The notes under the pieces are model-generated. The model did no database searches. It was not told where the DNA came from and saw only the letters and a list, made by a program, of their open reading frames with translations. A program made the translations under genes and the position numbers. Shown here in pieces: positions 1 through 12,912 of a stretch of 64,000 nucleotides of DNA. This DNA is from Mobula hypostoma. Lineage: Eukaryota. The first letter of the stretch is position 1. The number at the start of each line of letters is the position of its first letter. Location: contig NC_086118.1 in assembly GCF_963921235.1 (NCBI RefSeq), positions 24,492,001 through 24,556,000 on the forward strand, written 5' to 3'.

Positions 1-209
1 TCACCAACTGATTCTCCAAGGCAAATAGGACTGGGCAATAAAAGCTGGCCTTTTACATTTTAAAAACTGATCAAGTGTAGTGAGTAAGACTGGTAGGACA
101 TTGATCAAGGGCTTTATCTTTCCCATTTCCAAAGCCTTCTCCGGGACATTTCTATTGCTCACGTGCTTACTTTCAGTAAGAGTATTTGTCAGGATCACAA
201 CTAAAGCAA

Positions 210-475
210 CCTTGATTTGATCCTGAGTTCTTGTGCTGCTGGTGTGAAGTTTGGGCGTGATTGTGTGTGAATGCCTTGGTTTCTTTCCACATCAATAACC
301 TGCCTATTGCTGTTACGTTAATTGGCCTCTCTACATTGTCCCAATGTAGGTAGGTGGTAGGAGAATCTGGGGAAGTTAGTGGACAAATGAAACAGAATGG
401 GTTACAGTGAAATAAGTGAAGGAATATACTCTGAGAACAGATGTAAACTTGATGGACAGGATAGCCTTTTTCGAA
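210..475 (+). mobile_element. Degenerate V-SINE/HE1-like SINE fragment
   Basis: tgtgaagtttg... and ttaattggcc...ttgtccc...taggtaggtggtaggagaatctgggg resemble the better copy at 23333-23660. Confidence 0.5.
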
Positions 476-1219
476 TTGTCAAGAAATATAGGAAGAAGCT
501 TCTTGATTTAACAAGAGATTCCCTTTCTCCCATCTACTTCCAATTGTACTGAAATTCATTGATGTGCATGGACCTCCAATTATTCTGCAAGTAATTATAT
601 TCATTGGCATGGAGCCTTCAAGATGTTCAGTCATAACTGAATTTATTTCTATTTAATTCTTGATGAACTTAACAAAACTATACAATATTTTAATATACAC
701 ATTTGTTCTAAACATAAGACTACATACATTATCTCAAAAACATTCAAAAAATAGACCTGAAAAAGAGAAAAGATCTCAGAGTCGTTTGTGTTCGAGGTCA
801 TTACAATCCTCTAATAATAGGGAGGAATGCTATGTATTGACATTGGAGTAAGGTATGACTCAGAGATGCTAGTTAAACTGATAGTGCAGCATTGTGCATC
901 TCAATCAATACAATTTTCATGATAAAAGCCAGGAAAGTAATACCATATACCGTGCTAACAAAGTCACATTAGAACCACCAGCTCAACTCAAAGTCATTTT
1001 AGTGTATCCTAGCAACAAAAAGCTAAAATTACTAATGAGTGAATCTCTTTAATTTATTGATCAATACATCTGCTGTAGGAGCATTATACTGTGTATAACT
1101 AATATGGAAAAATAAATTGTTAGGCTGAAACCTCATTATCTGATGATAATGTACACCCGGAGCAATTGAATCTCCTTTCTATTGAGGCAACCGGGTGCAA
1201 GAGTAGGCACCAGTTCACT

Positions 1220-2490
1220 ACCATATAACCATATAACCATATAACAATTACAGCACGGAAACAGGCCATCTCGGCCCTTCTAGTCCGTGCCGAACTCTTA
1301 CTCTCACCTAATCCCACCGACCTGCACTCAGCCCATAACCCTCCATTCCTTTCCTGTCCATATAACTGTCCAATTTAACTTTAAATGACAACATCGAACC
1401 TGCCTCAACCACTTCTGCTGGAAGCTCGTTCCATACAGCTACCACTCTCTGAGTAAAGAAGTTCCCCCTCATGTTACCCCTAAACTTTTGCCCTTTAACT
1501 CTCAACTCATGTCTTCTTGTTTGAATTTCCCTCACTCTCAATGGAAAAAGCCTATCCACGTCAACTCTACCTATCCTCCTCATAATTTTAAATTCCTCTA
1601 TCAAGTCCCCCCTCAACCTTCTACGCTCCAAAGAATAAAGACCTAACTTGTTCAACCTTTCTCTGTAACTTAGGAGATGAAACCCAGGCAACATTTTAGT
1701 AAATCTCCTCTGTACTCTCTCAATCTTATTGACATCTTTCCTATAATTCGGTGACCAGAACTGTACACAATACTCCAAATTTGGCCTTATCAATGCCTTA
1801 TATAATTTCAACATTTCATCCCAACTCCTCTACTCAATGCTCTGATATATAAAGGCCAGCATACCAAGAGCTTTCTTCACCACCCTATCCACATGAGATT
1901 CCACAATCAGGGAACTATGCACCATTATTCTCTGTTCTACAGCATTCTTCAATGCCCTACCATTTACCATGTATGTCCTATTTTGATTATTCCTACCAAA
2001 ATGTAGCACTTCACATTTATCAGCATTAAACTCCATCTGCCATCTTTCAGCCCACTCTTCTAAGTGCTCTAAATCTCTCTGCAAGCTTTGAAAACCTACT
2101 TCATTATCCGCAACTCCACCTATCTTAGTATCATCTGCATACCTACTAATCTAATTTACCACCCCATCATCCAGATCATTAATATATATGACAAGCAACA
2201 TTGGATCCAGTACAGATCCCTGAGGCACACCACTAGACACCGTCCTCCAATCTAACACACAGTTATCCACCACTACTCTCTGGTGTCTCCCATCCAGCCA
2301 CTACTGAATCCATTTTACTACTTTGATATTAATGCCTAATGGTTGAACCTTCCTAACTAACCTTCCGTGTGGAACCTTGTCAAAGGCCTTACTGAAGTCC
2401 ATTTTGACAACATCCACTGCTTTACCCTCGTCAACTTTCCTAGTAACCTCATCAAAAAATTCAATACAATTTGTTGAACATTTGTCAAAC
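1220..2490 (-). mobile_element. CR1 LINE, 3' part of ORF2 (RT) plus 3' tail; continues at 3488-4160
   Basis: ORFs 1308-1814 and 1830-2084 have CR1 RT C-terminal motifs (YKALIRPNLEYCVQFWSP, LERRRLRGDLI, NFFTQRVV); (CCATATAA)n tail at 1220-1245. Confidence 0.95.
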
Positions 2491-3490
2491 CCAGTTGTTT
2501 ACAATATATATTAATGACTTGGATGAGGGAATTAAATGCAGCATCTCCAAGTTTGCGGATGACACGAAGCTGGGTGGCAGTGTTAGCAGTGAGGAGGATG
2601 CTAAGAGGATGCAGGGTGACTTGGATAGGTTGGGTGAGTGGGCAAATTCATGGCAGATGCAATTTAATGTGGATAAATGTGAAGTTATCCACTTTGGTGG
2701 CAAAAATAGGAAAACAGATTATTATCTGAATGGTGGCCGATTAGGAAAAGGGGAGGTGCAACGAGACCTGGGTGTCATTATACACCAGTCATTGAAAGTG
2801 GGCATGCAGGTACAGCAGGCGGTGAAAAAGGCGAATGGTATGCTGGCATTTATAGCGAGAGGATTCGAGTACAGGAGCAGGGAGGTACTACTGCAGCTGT
2901 ACAAGGCCTTGGTGAGACCACACCTGGAGTATTGTGTGCAGTTTTGGTCCCCTAATCTGAGGAAAGACATCTTTGCCATAGAGAGAGTACAAAGAAGGTT
3001 CACCAGATTGATTCCTGGGATGGCAGGACTTTCATATGAAGAAAGACTGGATGAACTGGGCTTGTACTCGTTGGAATTTAGAAGATTGAGGGGGGATCTG
3101 ATTGAAACGTATAAGATCCTAAAGGGATTGGACAGGCTAGATGCAGGAAGATTGTTCACGATGTTGAGGAAGTCCAGAACGAGGGGCCACAGTTTGAGGA
3201 TAGAGGGGAAGCCTTTTAGGACCGAGATTAGGAAAAACTTCTTCACACAGAGAGTGGTGAATCTGTGGAATTCTCTGCCACAGGAAACTGTTGAGGCCAG
3301 TTCATTGGCTATATTTAAGAGGGAGTTAGATATGGCCCTTGTGGCTACGGGGGTCAGGGGGTATGGAGGGAAGGCTGGGGCGGGGTTCTGAGTTGGATGA
3401 TCAGCCATGATCATAATAAATGGTGGTGCAAGCTCGAAGGGCCGAATGGCCTACTCCTGCACCTATTTTCTATGTTTCTATGTTTCTATG
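2489..3490 (+). mobile_element. Young 5'-truncated CR1 LINE inserted antisense into an older CR1
   Basis: Open ORF 2471-3391 with KFADDTKL RT motif; 3' GGCC-GAAT-GGCC hairpin and (TTTCTATG)3 tail; splits the host between ...gtcaaac and atgacttt... Confidence 0.97.
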
Positions 3491-4160
3491 ACTTTCCACG
3501 CAGAAATCCATGTTGACTGTTCCTAATCAGATCCTGTCTATCCAGATAATTATATATACCACCTCTAAGAATACTTTCCATCAATTTACCCACCACTGAC
3601 GTCAAACTCACAGGCCGATAATTGCTAGGTTTATTCTTAGATTCCCTTTTAAACAATGGAACAACATGAACAATATGCCAATCCTCCAGCACCATCCCCG
3701 TTTCTAATGACATTTGAAATATTTCTTCCAGAGCCCCTGCTATTTTCACACTAACTTCCCTCAAGGTCCTAGAGAATATCCTGTCCGGATCTGGAGACTT
3801 ATCCACTTTTATATTCCTTAAAAGTGCCAGTACTTCCTCTTCTTTAATCATCATACTTTCCATAACTACCATTCTTGTTTCCTTTATCTTACACAATTCA
3901 ATATCCTTCTCCTTAGTGAATACCGAAGAAAAGAAATTGTTCAAAATCTCCCCCATCTCTTTTGGCTCTGAACATAGCCGTCCACTCTGATTCTCTAAGG
4001 GACCAATTTTATCCCTCACTATCCTTTTGCTATTAGTATAACTGTAGAAACCCTTTGGATTTATTTTCACCTTACTTGCCAAAGCAGCCTCATATCTTCT
4101 TTTAGTTTTTCTAATTTCTTTCTTAAAATTCTTTTTACATTCTTTATATTCCTCTACAAC
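3488..4160 (-). mobile_element. CR1 LINE ORF2, 5' continuation of the 1220-2490 element
   Basis: ORF 3486-4169: KSPDPDRI, NYRPVSLTSVVGKLME, SQHGF. Confidence 0.93.
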
Positions 4161-4409
4161 TGTGATCAAAGGTCAGATAACAGCTAGCAACACAGATGAC
4201 AAGTAACTGAGGTGGGAAGGAGTACAACCTTAACAGAATGATGGATCAGAGCATTTGTGGAAGAAGACTGCACAGGCTGGAGGAGCTGAAGGTTTGGTTG
4301 GTGGAATAGAGTTAATACAATCAAGGGAGAAAGTTAAGCCGGTTATATTGTGTAGAGGATTGTAGAGAAAGGAGAACAACAGCCAGTGTGTCTTTTAATA
4401 TGGGAGCAG

Positions 4410-5145
4410 TTATATTCCTCCCTCACCTCCATTTAGTGCCCCAAACAGTCTTTCCACCTGAGGGAACACTTCACCTACAAATCTACTGGGTTCATCTATT
4501 GCATCCAGTGCTTCTGATGCAGCCTCCTTTACATTGGTGAGACCCGTCGTAAATTGGGGGACCGCTTCATTGAGCATCTCTGGTCCATTTGCCACAAGCA
4601 GAACTTCCCAGTGGTCAAGCATTTTAATTGCGAATCCCATTCCCATTCCAGCATGTCAACCCGTGGCTTCCTCCTGTGTTAAGATGAGGCCACCCTCAGG
4701 GTGGAGGACCATCACCTTATATTCTGCTTCAAACCTGATGGTGTGAATATTGATCTTTCCTTCCAGTAAACTAATTTTCCCCTCTTCCCTCTTCCTCTAT
4801 TCCCTACTCTGACTTTTTACCTCTTCTCACCAGCCTATTACTTCCCCCTGGGTCCCCTCCTCCTTCCCTTTCCCCTGTGGTCCGCTCTCCTCTCCTTTCA
4901 AATTCCTTCTTCTCCAACCCTTGCCTTTTCCCACCCACCTGACTTCACCTATCACCATCCAGCTAACCTCCTTCCCCTCCCCCCACCTTTTTATTCTGGC
5001 ATCTTCCCACTCCTGTCTCAGTCCTGGAGAAAAGTCTTGGCCCGAAATGTCAACTGTTTGTTCATTTCCATCGATGCTACCTGACCTGCTGATTTCCTCT
5101 GGCAATTTGTGTGTGTTGCTTTGGGTTTCTGGCATCTGCAGACTT
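4410..5145 (+). mobile_element. Older Penelope-like element fragment (GIY-YIG end plus pLTR)
   Basis: Degenerate homologue of 5380-6413 (tacattggtgagacc = YIGET), pyrimidine-rich 3' region, decayed hammerhead at ~5019-5057, ends ...gcatctgcagact. Confidence 0.85.
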
Positions 5146-5379
5146 TATTGTGTTTTTGTATTTCTATTAACTTCAGTTTATTCAATTTCTTAACATTTCT
5201 TGTTGGTTGAAGCCTGCACCAGTTCCTTTAAGGGCCACATGTAGGTCACTAACCAGTGGCAGTGAAAAGCAAAATGTAGCTTGGTTTACAAGTAGGAATT
5301 AAAGCTTCTGCATCCACAAGACAAGGGATGGACATTTGTTTCAGATGTGGGGAATGCAAAATGAGGTGTTTTTTCACAA

Positions 5380-6413
5380 CATACATCAAAGTTGCTGGTG
5401 AATGCAGCAGGCCAAGCAGCATCTATAGGAAGAGGCGCAGTCGACGTTTCAGGCCGAGACCCTTCGTCAGGACTAACTGAAGGAAGAGTGAGTAAGGGAT
5501 TTGAAAGCTGGAGGGGGAGGGGGAGATGCAAAATGACAGGAGAAGACAGGAGGGGGAGGGATAGAACCGAGAGCTGGACAGGTGATAGGCAAAAGGGGAT
5601 ACGAGAGGATCATGGGACAGGAGCTCCGGGAAGAAAGACAAGGGGGGGGTGACCCAGAGGATGGGCAAGAGGTATATTCAGAGGGACAGAGGGAGAAAAA
5701 GGAGAGTGAGAGAAAGAATGTGTGCATAAAAATGAGTAACAGATGGGGTACGAGGGGGAGGTGGGGCCTTAGCGGAAGTTAGAGAAGTCAACGTTCATGC
5801 CATCAGGTTGGAGGCTACCCAGACAGAATATAAGGTGTTGTTCCTCCAACCTGAGTGTGGCTTCATCTTTACAGTAGAGGAGGCCGTGGATAGACATGTC
5901 AGAATGGGAATGGGATGTGGAATTAAAATGTGTGGCCACTGGGAGATCCTGCTTTCTCTGGCGGACAGAGTGTAGATGTTCAGCAAAGCGGTCTCCCAGT
6001 CTGCGTCGGGTCTCACCAATATATAAAAGGCCACATCGGGAGCACCGGACGCAGTATATCACCCCAGTCGACTCACAGGTGAAGTGATGCCTCACCTGGA
6101 AGGACTGTTTGGGGCCCTGAATGGTGGTAAGGGAGGAAGTGTAAGGGCATGTGTAGCACTTGTTCCGCTTACACGGATAAGTGCCAGGAGGGAGATCAGT
6201 GGGGAGGGATGGGGGAGACGAATGGACAAGGGAGTTGTGTAGGGAGCGATCCCTGCGGAATGCAGAGAGAGTGGGGGAGGGAAAGATGTGCTTAGTGGTG
6301 GGATCCCGTTGGAGGTGGCGGAAGTTACGGAGAATAATATGTTGGACCCGAAGGCTGGTGGGGTGGTAGGTGAGGAACAGGGGAACCCTATTCCTAGTGG
6401 GGTGGTGGGAGGA
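5380..6413 (-). mobile_element. Young 5'-truncated Penelope-like element with GIY-YIG endonuclease and 13-bp TSD
   Basis: ORF 5769-6095 FTCESTGVIYCVRCSRCGLLYIGETRRRLGDRFAEH...LGSLQPDGMN; TGTTTTTTCACAA duplicated at 5367-5379 and 6414-6426. Confidence 0.95.
5439..5474 (-). ncRNA. Minimal type-I hammerhead ribozyme motif with intact core in the PLE pLTR
   Basis: Minus strand reads AGTC CTGACGA A GGGT-CTCG-GCCT GAAA CG TC^GACT: helix I AGTC/GACT, CUGANGA and GAAA core, helix II hairpin, palindromic ACGT helix III, GUC cleavage triplet. Confidence 0.8.
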
Positions 6414-7694
6414 TGTTTTTTCACAAGCTTGGTGGATGGAGTACCTCTAAACTGTGGTGAGTTTGTGTTCACAGATAATAATATATGAAGTTTTAGAGAT
6501 CACTTTGTACCTCAAAAAAAATGATCACAATGCACAGAAATGTCTGGGCTAATTTTAATGGCAATCAATACCATTAAAAATAATGTAATATTTTGTGATT
6601 TTATTTCTTCATATTTTCATTTTAAATTATCTGAATTAAATTAATATGTAGTTTGTTGAGTAAATATGTTACATTATTGTGAGTTTTTGAAGATGAATCT
6701 TGATTTGTTTTAGTTGACTACATGAACATTCAAGTATGATGGCTTGCACAGAAATAAGCAGAAACTTGAGGTGGTGGGGGAGGTGGGTGGAATCAGCAAA
6801 TTGTGTCCATACACAATGCATTCATTTTCCATTTGGTTGCTGAGACAGAAAATGCTTAAATAACAACTGTTTCCTTTCTGTCCACTCTTATTAAAGGATT
6901 AGAATCCTTTACAGAATAGAACTCAACTCACTTCTCTTTTGATGATCTTAACAAATAAGCTGAGTAATTTCTGAGCTACAAAATGATAAAACAAGGAGTT
7001 GACCTCACCACTTTGAGTGGTCACCTTGGTATTTGTACAATTCTGGGTGCAAAGCACTTCACAAAACCGGACAGGTATATTCACATCGTTTGTCTTTCTG
7101 AGAATGCTCTCTCTGGTCTTTTGTGCATTTATAGATGATTATGCAAACATCATGTATCTACATCATCACATATTTAACTTCCTGTTGTAAAGACTTCCTT
7201 GGTGTTAAAGTTAGAAAAAATAAATGATGATAGGATGAAATTTTAAAAACTGAGAGGAAAAATTGTCTTCATTCCCTTAGGAACAGCATCCTAGACTGAC
7301 AGACTCTGTCATATCTCTATGAGTATAAATAAAAGATGGCAGAATGCAGGTTTGCAGATTCAATCTCCCGACTGAAAGTGAGGTAAATGTATTTAAAGCG
7401 AGTCCATTGAGTCTGATCAAAGGCAACAGTGAGAACTGGCAGTTGCTTGTTTCTAATTAGACTAGCTATCATTACACTGACTGATTTTTGAAATAAAATT
7501 AATTAACAATAAGAATGTGAATATGCGAACTAAAGAACAAATTTAGAACAACAGTGAAATCACACAGCAGATGTGATTATTGAGGGAAATATTGTTGAGT
7601 GACTTGACCTTTCAAAAAGTTAACTGGGAGTGAACTTTTGCTGGTGCTTGTGTGAAGTTTGCAAGTCCTCCCTGTGACTGCATAAACTTCAGAG

Positions 7695-8046
7695 TCTTAG
7701 AAAGATACAACACAGAAACAGGTCATTCAGCCCACTGTCTCCAATCATTTAGCTTAATCCCATATTAAATATTAATCCCATTTTAATTTTTTAATTTCCC
7801 CTACATTCTTATCAGTTCCCCATCCCCACTCTGCTCCCTCAGCTACACAAGAGGAGCGATTTACAATGGCTCATTAACTTACCAACTCACACATCTTTGG
7901 GTTATGAGAGAAAGTTTGGGGACCTTGAGGAAGCCCACATGCTCACAGGGAGAACATACAAACTCCACACAGATAGTGCCCAAGGTCAGGACTGCACCAG
8001 GGACTCTGTCACTGTGAGGCACCAGCTTTACCAGCTAAACCACTGC
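7695..8046 (-). mobile_element. HE1/V-SINE-like tRNA-derived SINE
   Basis: cagggagaacatacaaactccacacaga (V-domain, reverse complement); CR1-like tail cacagaaacaggtcattcagccc; tRNA-like head near 8000-8046. Confidence 0.75.
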
Positions 8047-8419
8047 AATTTCCCTTTGGCCAATACTTAGCTAAATAAGACAACTCCACACAATACCAGA
8101 AACTATTTACCTTCAAACCCCGTAATAAATCATTACCTCTTAGGATGCATATAGTAATTTCTGAATACATTTGTTAAATCATTTCTTATATTAGAACACC
8201 CACCCCAGTTTCAGGTTTACATATCATCTTTATTAGATAGAAGAAATACATTGTGCACTGCAAAAGATGGCCTGCATTGGACACCAGGCTATCTCAAGGG
8301 AACAGTTTTGATTAACGTCATTTCAGGTTAAAAAAACAACTACACAAATGACTCATTATTATTTGCTATTAATGCCCCAAGTGCTGACAAGAAGTGAAGG
8401 TAGAACTTGATATTTTTCA

Positions 8420-8735
8420 GTAGTGGGAGAGTCTTGATTGAAGAAAATAATTGCATGATAAGGGCGTAGTCATTAAAATGGATGTGTGTAGATATTTATT
8501 TTTTGAATAGTTTGGTGATTCTATGGAATTCTCTGTCCCCAAGGATCACAAGGCTATATCATTAGATACTTTTTATGTGGAGGTAGATAATTTTTTGAAT
8601 GACTGAAGAATTGAGGGTTATGGAGAACTGATGGACAAAAGAAACTGAGGCCAGTGCAGATCAGCCTTAATTGCATTAAATAAAAGATCTGGTTTGGAGG
8701 GTCTGGTGATCTACACCTACCCCTCTTCCTTATAG
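8420..8735 (+). mobile_element. Old CR1 3'-end fragment
   Basis: Degenerate match to the CR1 3' end (ggtgattctatggaattctctg...gagggttatggag...gatcagcc). Confidence 0.6.
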
Positions 8736-9394
8736 TTGGATAAGTCTCTCACAAATCTGTTTTTATGTTCAATGTGCCTATGTACGTTTAACACACAGTT
8801 ACAATGTCACGACTGGAACTAATTTTACACTCTGTACTGTAGAAGTCAGCAGTATTCAGGGGCTACAGCTTTCATCAGGCAGGCATGTGGTAGGAATGAT
8901 CTGCTGTGGATAACTGAAATGCCAGGATCTGTACAGCTGTGTTTGGTGAAACACTAAAACAACTTGAGTATTGTGAGTCATGATGCCCTCTCCATGAATG
9001 TAGTAGAAATGGAATTTGAACATAGCAGATAGGCCAGTGAAATCTTGCCAGGAGAATTTTGAAACAGCAGAGAATAGCTCTGGGGAGACTAGGGCTGCCT
9101 ATAAAAGCAATCCGGATTATGAATGTGTCCTTTAAATTCCTTCATCAAATGTACAATGAACATCGGCAGCTAGTTGCTAATAGAAAACTAGAAATGAAGT
9201 GTAACAATCCAGTTTGGGGTATCTGTGAGGGGGACATGTCAGCTGTACAGGAGAGACATCAATAATGATCATTTAGTTCTCAACAACCACCAGCACTGCA
9301 ACAGCCACATGTAAATGGAAAATTCTGGGATTCCTTAGAAAGTCAGGTTGTATCTGCAGAGAGGGGGACAGATTAACAAGCTCTTCTCAGAAAG

Positions 9395-9720
9395 TAAATA
9401 GAGCCTTTAATGTAGCAAGATATCCTAAGCTAGTTCAAAGTATCATCGCCAAATTAAATATGACACCAGGCCACATCGTACTTCCTTTTGGTATTTTAGA
9501 AATACTAAGGAAGTATTAGGGGAAGAAATGTGTTTTGAGATGCATCTCAAAGGAAGAAGTGACGAAATTGAAAGGTTTAAGGAGAATATGACAGGACTCA
9601 CGGTACTGGGAGCTGAAGTAACTAAATCCAGACATGACCAGCAATTGGAGAAGGTATAGATAATGCAGGGAGTTACATAAATGGAGAATGTTACAATGGT
9701 GGGAAGTGCTGCTGTTTTTG
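9395..9720 (-). mobile_element. Possible ancient L2-type LINE 3' fragment
   Basis: atagagcctttaatgtagcaagatatcctaagc...gttttgagatgcatctcaaagg resembles, from memory, L2 3' ends in sharks; heavily decayed. Confidence 0.35.
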
Positions 9721-10129
9721 AAGGATTTGAAAATATTCCCTCGGAAATGGTAACAGGTGCAGAGCTGGGTGGTTTACAAGTCAACAATACAGATCAGGGT
9801 TGGTATTGCTAGGGTGATAATGCTGCCAAAGTGCATTTTTAATTGTGAAGTGTTGAAACAAATTGTACCAGGTGATCACCAATGATCACTCATACATGAG
9901 GAACATTTTAATTCATGAACAATGGCTAAAAAATCTTTATTTTTCACAACTGAATGTGTTCAAAACTGCGCTTAACTTGAAGACTACAGTTTAGTAAAGA
10001 TCACCACTGATGGCAAAGTATATTCTCACCTCACTCATGCTTGTTTCTTGATAGAATAAGCAGTAATCTACATAATCCTTTGTTTATGCCATTTCTGCTA
10101 TATCAAAAAATTGATTGAACTGAATCAGT

Positions 10130-10408
10130 TTATTTGTTTATTGATACAGAATGGAGAAGGCCCTTTCAGCCCTTTAAGCCGTCCCACCCTAGCAACCCTT
10201 AACAACGCTGATTTAACCTTAACCTAGTCACGGGACAATTTACAACAACTAATTAACTTACCTGGTAGGTTTTGGACTGTGGGAGGATACCAGAACCCCG
10301 GAGAAAAGCCCACACATTCCACAGACTCCTCACAGACGATACCGGAATTGAACTCCAAACTCCATCTCCCAAGCTGTAATAGCATCGTGCTAACCACTAC
10401 ACTACCAT
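10130..10408 (-). mobile_element. HE1/V-SINE-like SINE
   Basis: CR1-like tail (aggccctttcagccc), ttttggactgtgggagga V-domain, tRNA-like head (gtgctaaccactacactacc). Confidence 0.75.
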
Positions 10409-11169
10409 GGTGATCACGGTAAAGTTGTTCAGTACAAATGAATGCTTTATATTTTAGAATACCTATAACTTCAAATGCATTTTTTTTGCATAGTGATCTC
10501 AGAATGATGACTTGTTTTGCTTTATAGTTAATTATAGCTTACACATGATTACTAATGATATTACAATGTGGGCTAAAACTCCAGCTAAACTCTCATGCTC
10601 CCTGGCATACAAATGGTAATTATAGCTCTATCTGCTGTAGAATTCCAGCTAATTGACCCACAAGGAAAACTGGCAGTAATGCAATATTAACAAACATTTT
10701 AATACAGTGATTAGTGATGTAAGTCATCTGTGGTACAACAGCACAGACTAGCTAAGCTCCAACAAACACGTTACTGTTTAATTTAGAAACATGAATTTTA
10801 ATTTTGAAAAGGGAATGGTTGAAGAATATTCTCTGCAAATGAGAATCACTAGGCTACTTTAATAGTCACGGATATTTATTAATCTGCTTTCTATACTATG
10901 CAATAGAATTCTTCATTTAATCTCCTGTAGAGCAAAATTAAGCTAATCTAAGATAAAGGAATCAGAATGGTTTGATCCAAAATACCTGATGGGAATCAAT
11001 TTGAATTGCATATCTGGAATTGTGCTTTTGAAGAGAAAGAATCAGTATTGTTGTGCAGAGTAATAATTGTTTTTCTTTTAAAAAGAGAGTCTATGGATCT
11101 CAATTTCACATCTAGTAGACACGTTGTTCTTCCTCGAAATAAAACATTATTTGCAACTTACTTCTCCAA

Positions 11170-11612
11170 GAGGACCACAACCTTCTTGTGTTTTGGAGGC
11201 TTGTGTGCCTCAGTGACCCAGAGAGCTATGTTGGCTGGAATCAGGACCTTGTGCTTTGGGTCCTGATAAGGTCACCCATGCCAAACAGGTCAAAGGGTAG
11301 AGGCTAGACTAAGATTGGTCCACCGGTCCTCCAGGCTCAGGGGTTCAGCTCAGGGCGAACAACCCTGACTAGTAAAACAAAATTGTTATGGAAACAGCAA
11401 TGAAGAATCCTTCTACGTCTGAGTGCAAAGGTATTCCTCAGTCTCCACCCGAGACTTGCTTGACTGGCTGTAGAGAAAACCGACAGGAAGCTACTGATAT
11501 GATGAAGGAAGCCCTGAACACCGCCAAAGATATAGTAGGACCTTCTTTGCTGCCCTAAGTTCCAGCAGCATAATGAGCAATATTATTATTATTATTATTA
11601 TTACTATTATTA
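11170..11612 (+). mobile_element. Non-autonomous bipartite RTE-derived retroelement (RTE 5' UTR fused to RTE 3' end) with (ATT)n tail
   Basis: ccttcttgtg...ggaggcttgtgtgcctcagtgacccagagagctatg...ggtcacccatgccaaacaggtc resembles RTE/Expander 5' UTRs; ggaccttctttgctgccctaa resembles an RTE 3' end; (TAT)n at 11579-11612; no ORF. Confidence 0.6.
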
Positions 11613-12049
11613 CAACCTACCATGAAAGGGAAGCTCACTGGAGGCAACTAACACAATCAAAACTTATTGCAAACAACTCTTGTCAAATTTGTAGCAAACT
11701 TCTTAGAGGTTTCAACAAGCTTGATTTTATTAAGAAAATACTACAAACCCAATAAACTGATCCCTTGACTTGGTATCCAGTTTTGTTGGTTGAGATTATT
11801 TTAAAGAAATGTAATTTAGTAAATTAGATAACTTGAGTATGAAAACATGTTATTAAGTAATTTTATGTTCCAGTTTGCTTACTTAATAAGTATTTAATAA
11901 GTCTGTCAGTATTTGATACCAGAAAACTTGGATATTAGGCTCATAATTATATTATTCTTTTTAATTAATAATTTAATGAACGGTGAGATAATGACATGTT
12001 CTTATGGCCACCATTAATCATAGCCTTCTGTTTCAAGCAGATTATCTCT

Positions 12050-12084
12050 TTTTCCCAGTAAAAATTATCTTTTTACTGGGAAAA
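12050..12084. repeat. Perfect inverted repeat, 15-bp arms with 5-nt loop
   Basis: TTTTCCCAGTAAAAA-TTATC-TTTTTACTGGGAAAA. Confidence 0.95.
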
Positions 12085-12912
12085 TGATTTCTATTCAATT
12101 AGATGAGCGTAAATTTTAGTTAACTTTGTCTGATATGGAACGTAATCCAGTATTTTCTTAAAATCTAGGTCAGAGTCTAATATCAGCCACAATGGAGATC
12201 TTGTTATGACTCTTCATTGTTTACACAATAATAAGGTTTTAACAATATGGAAGTTACCGAAAGAAAAGCTGACAGGGATGAACTTAGCACTGCTGATCAT
12301 CTACAGATAAAAAAATACTCAAACAAGTAGAGGTGTTAGATTGTTCCGAAAGCAATAGATTTATTTACAATTGGAGCATGCCACAAGTGGAAGTGCAGAG
12401 CATCACTAACTCGCACTCTATGACCCTCATACCAAGCACGAATCTCCTCATGGGACCTAGTCCAAAGACATTCCACAAGCTAATTGTAATTTGATTCTGT
12501 GCAGAGAATAGTTCACTTGTATGTGCAACTGCATTAGCTTGAATATATAATACAGGCATGCACATGGAAGGAATGCCAGCTGTTTATTATTATTTTGATT
12601 CCTGCACTTTTTAACTTTCCAATGTAGCACAGGGAGTGACATTTGCATTGAGAAGTACAAGGAAACGTCTGTGTTTTTTTCTTTATCTAGTTACAGTACT
12701 CAGTTCTTTATCGTCCAGTACTTTATACTTTATAAAGTACTTTGAAACTTGGGACATACAGATGAAATGAAATCTCATACTCATGTTTCATTCCAGATTA
12801 GTCAAATCAAACCCCATTTTACCAACTACCATGTGACCAGATGACAATTCTATATAACGCAGCTGACAGAATTAGATTTCTTCACAAGTAGTATGTTGTT
12901 TTGACTAATTTT

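Noticed and set aside
2722..3414. 230-aa minus-strand ORF (also 48785-49477)
   Set aside because: Antisense shadow of the CR1 RT frame with no independent protein features
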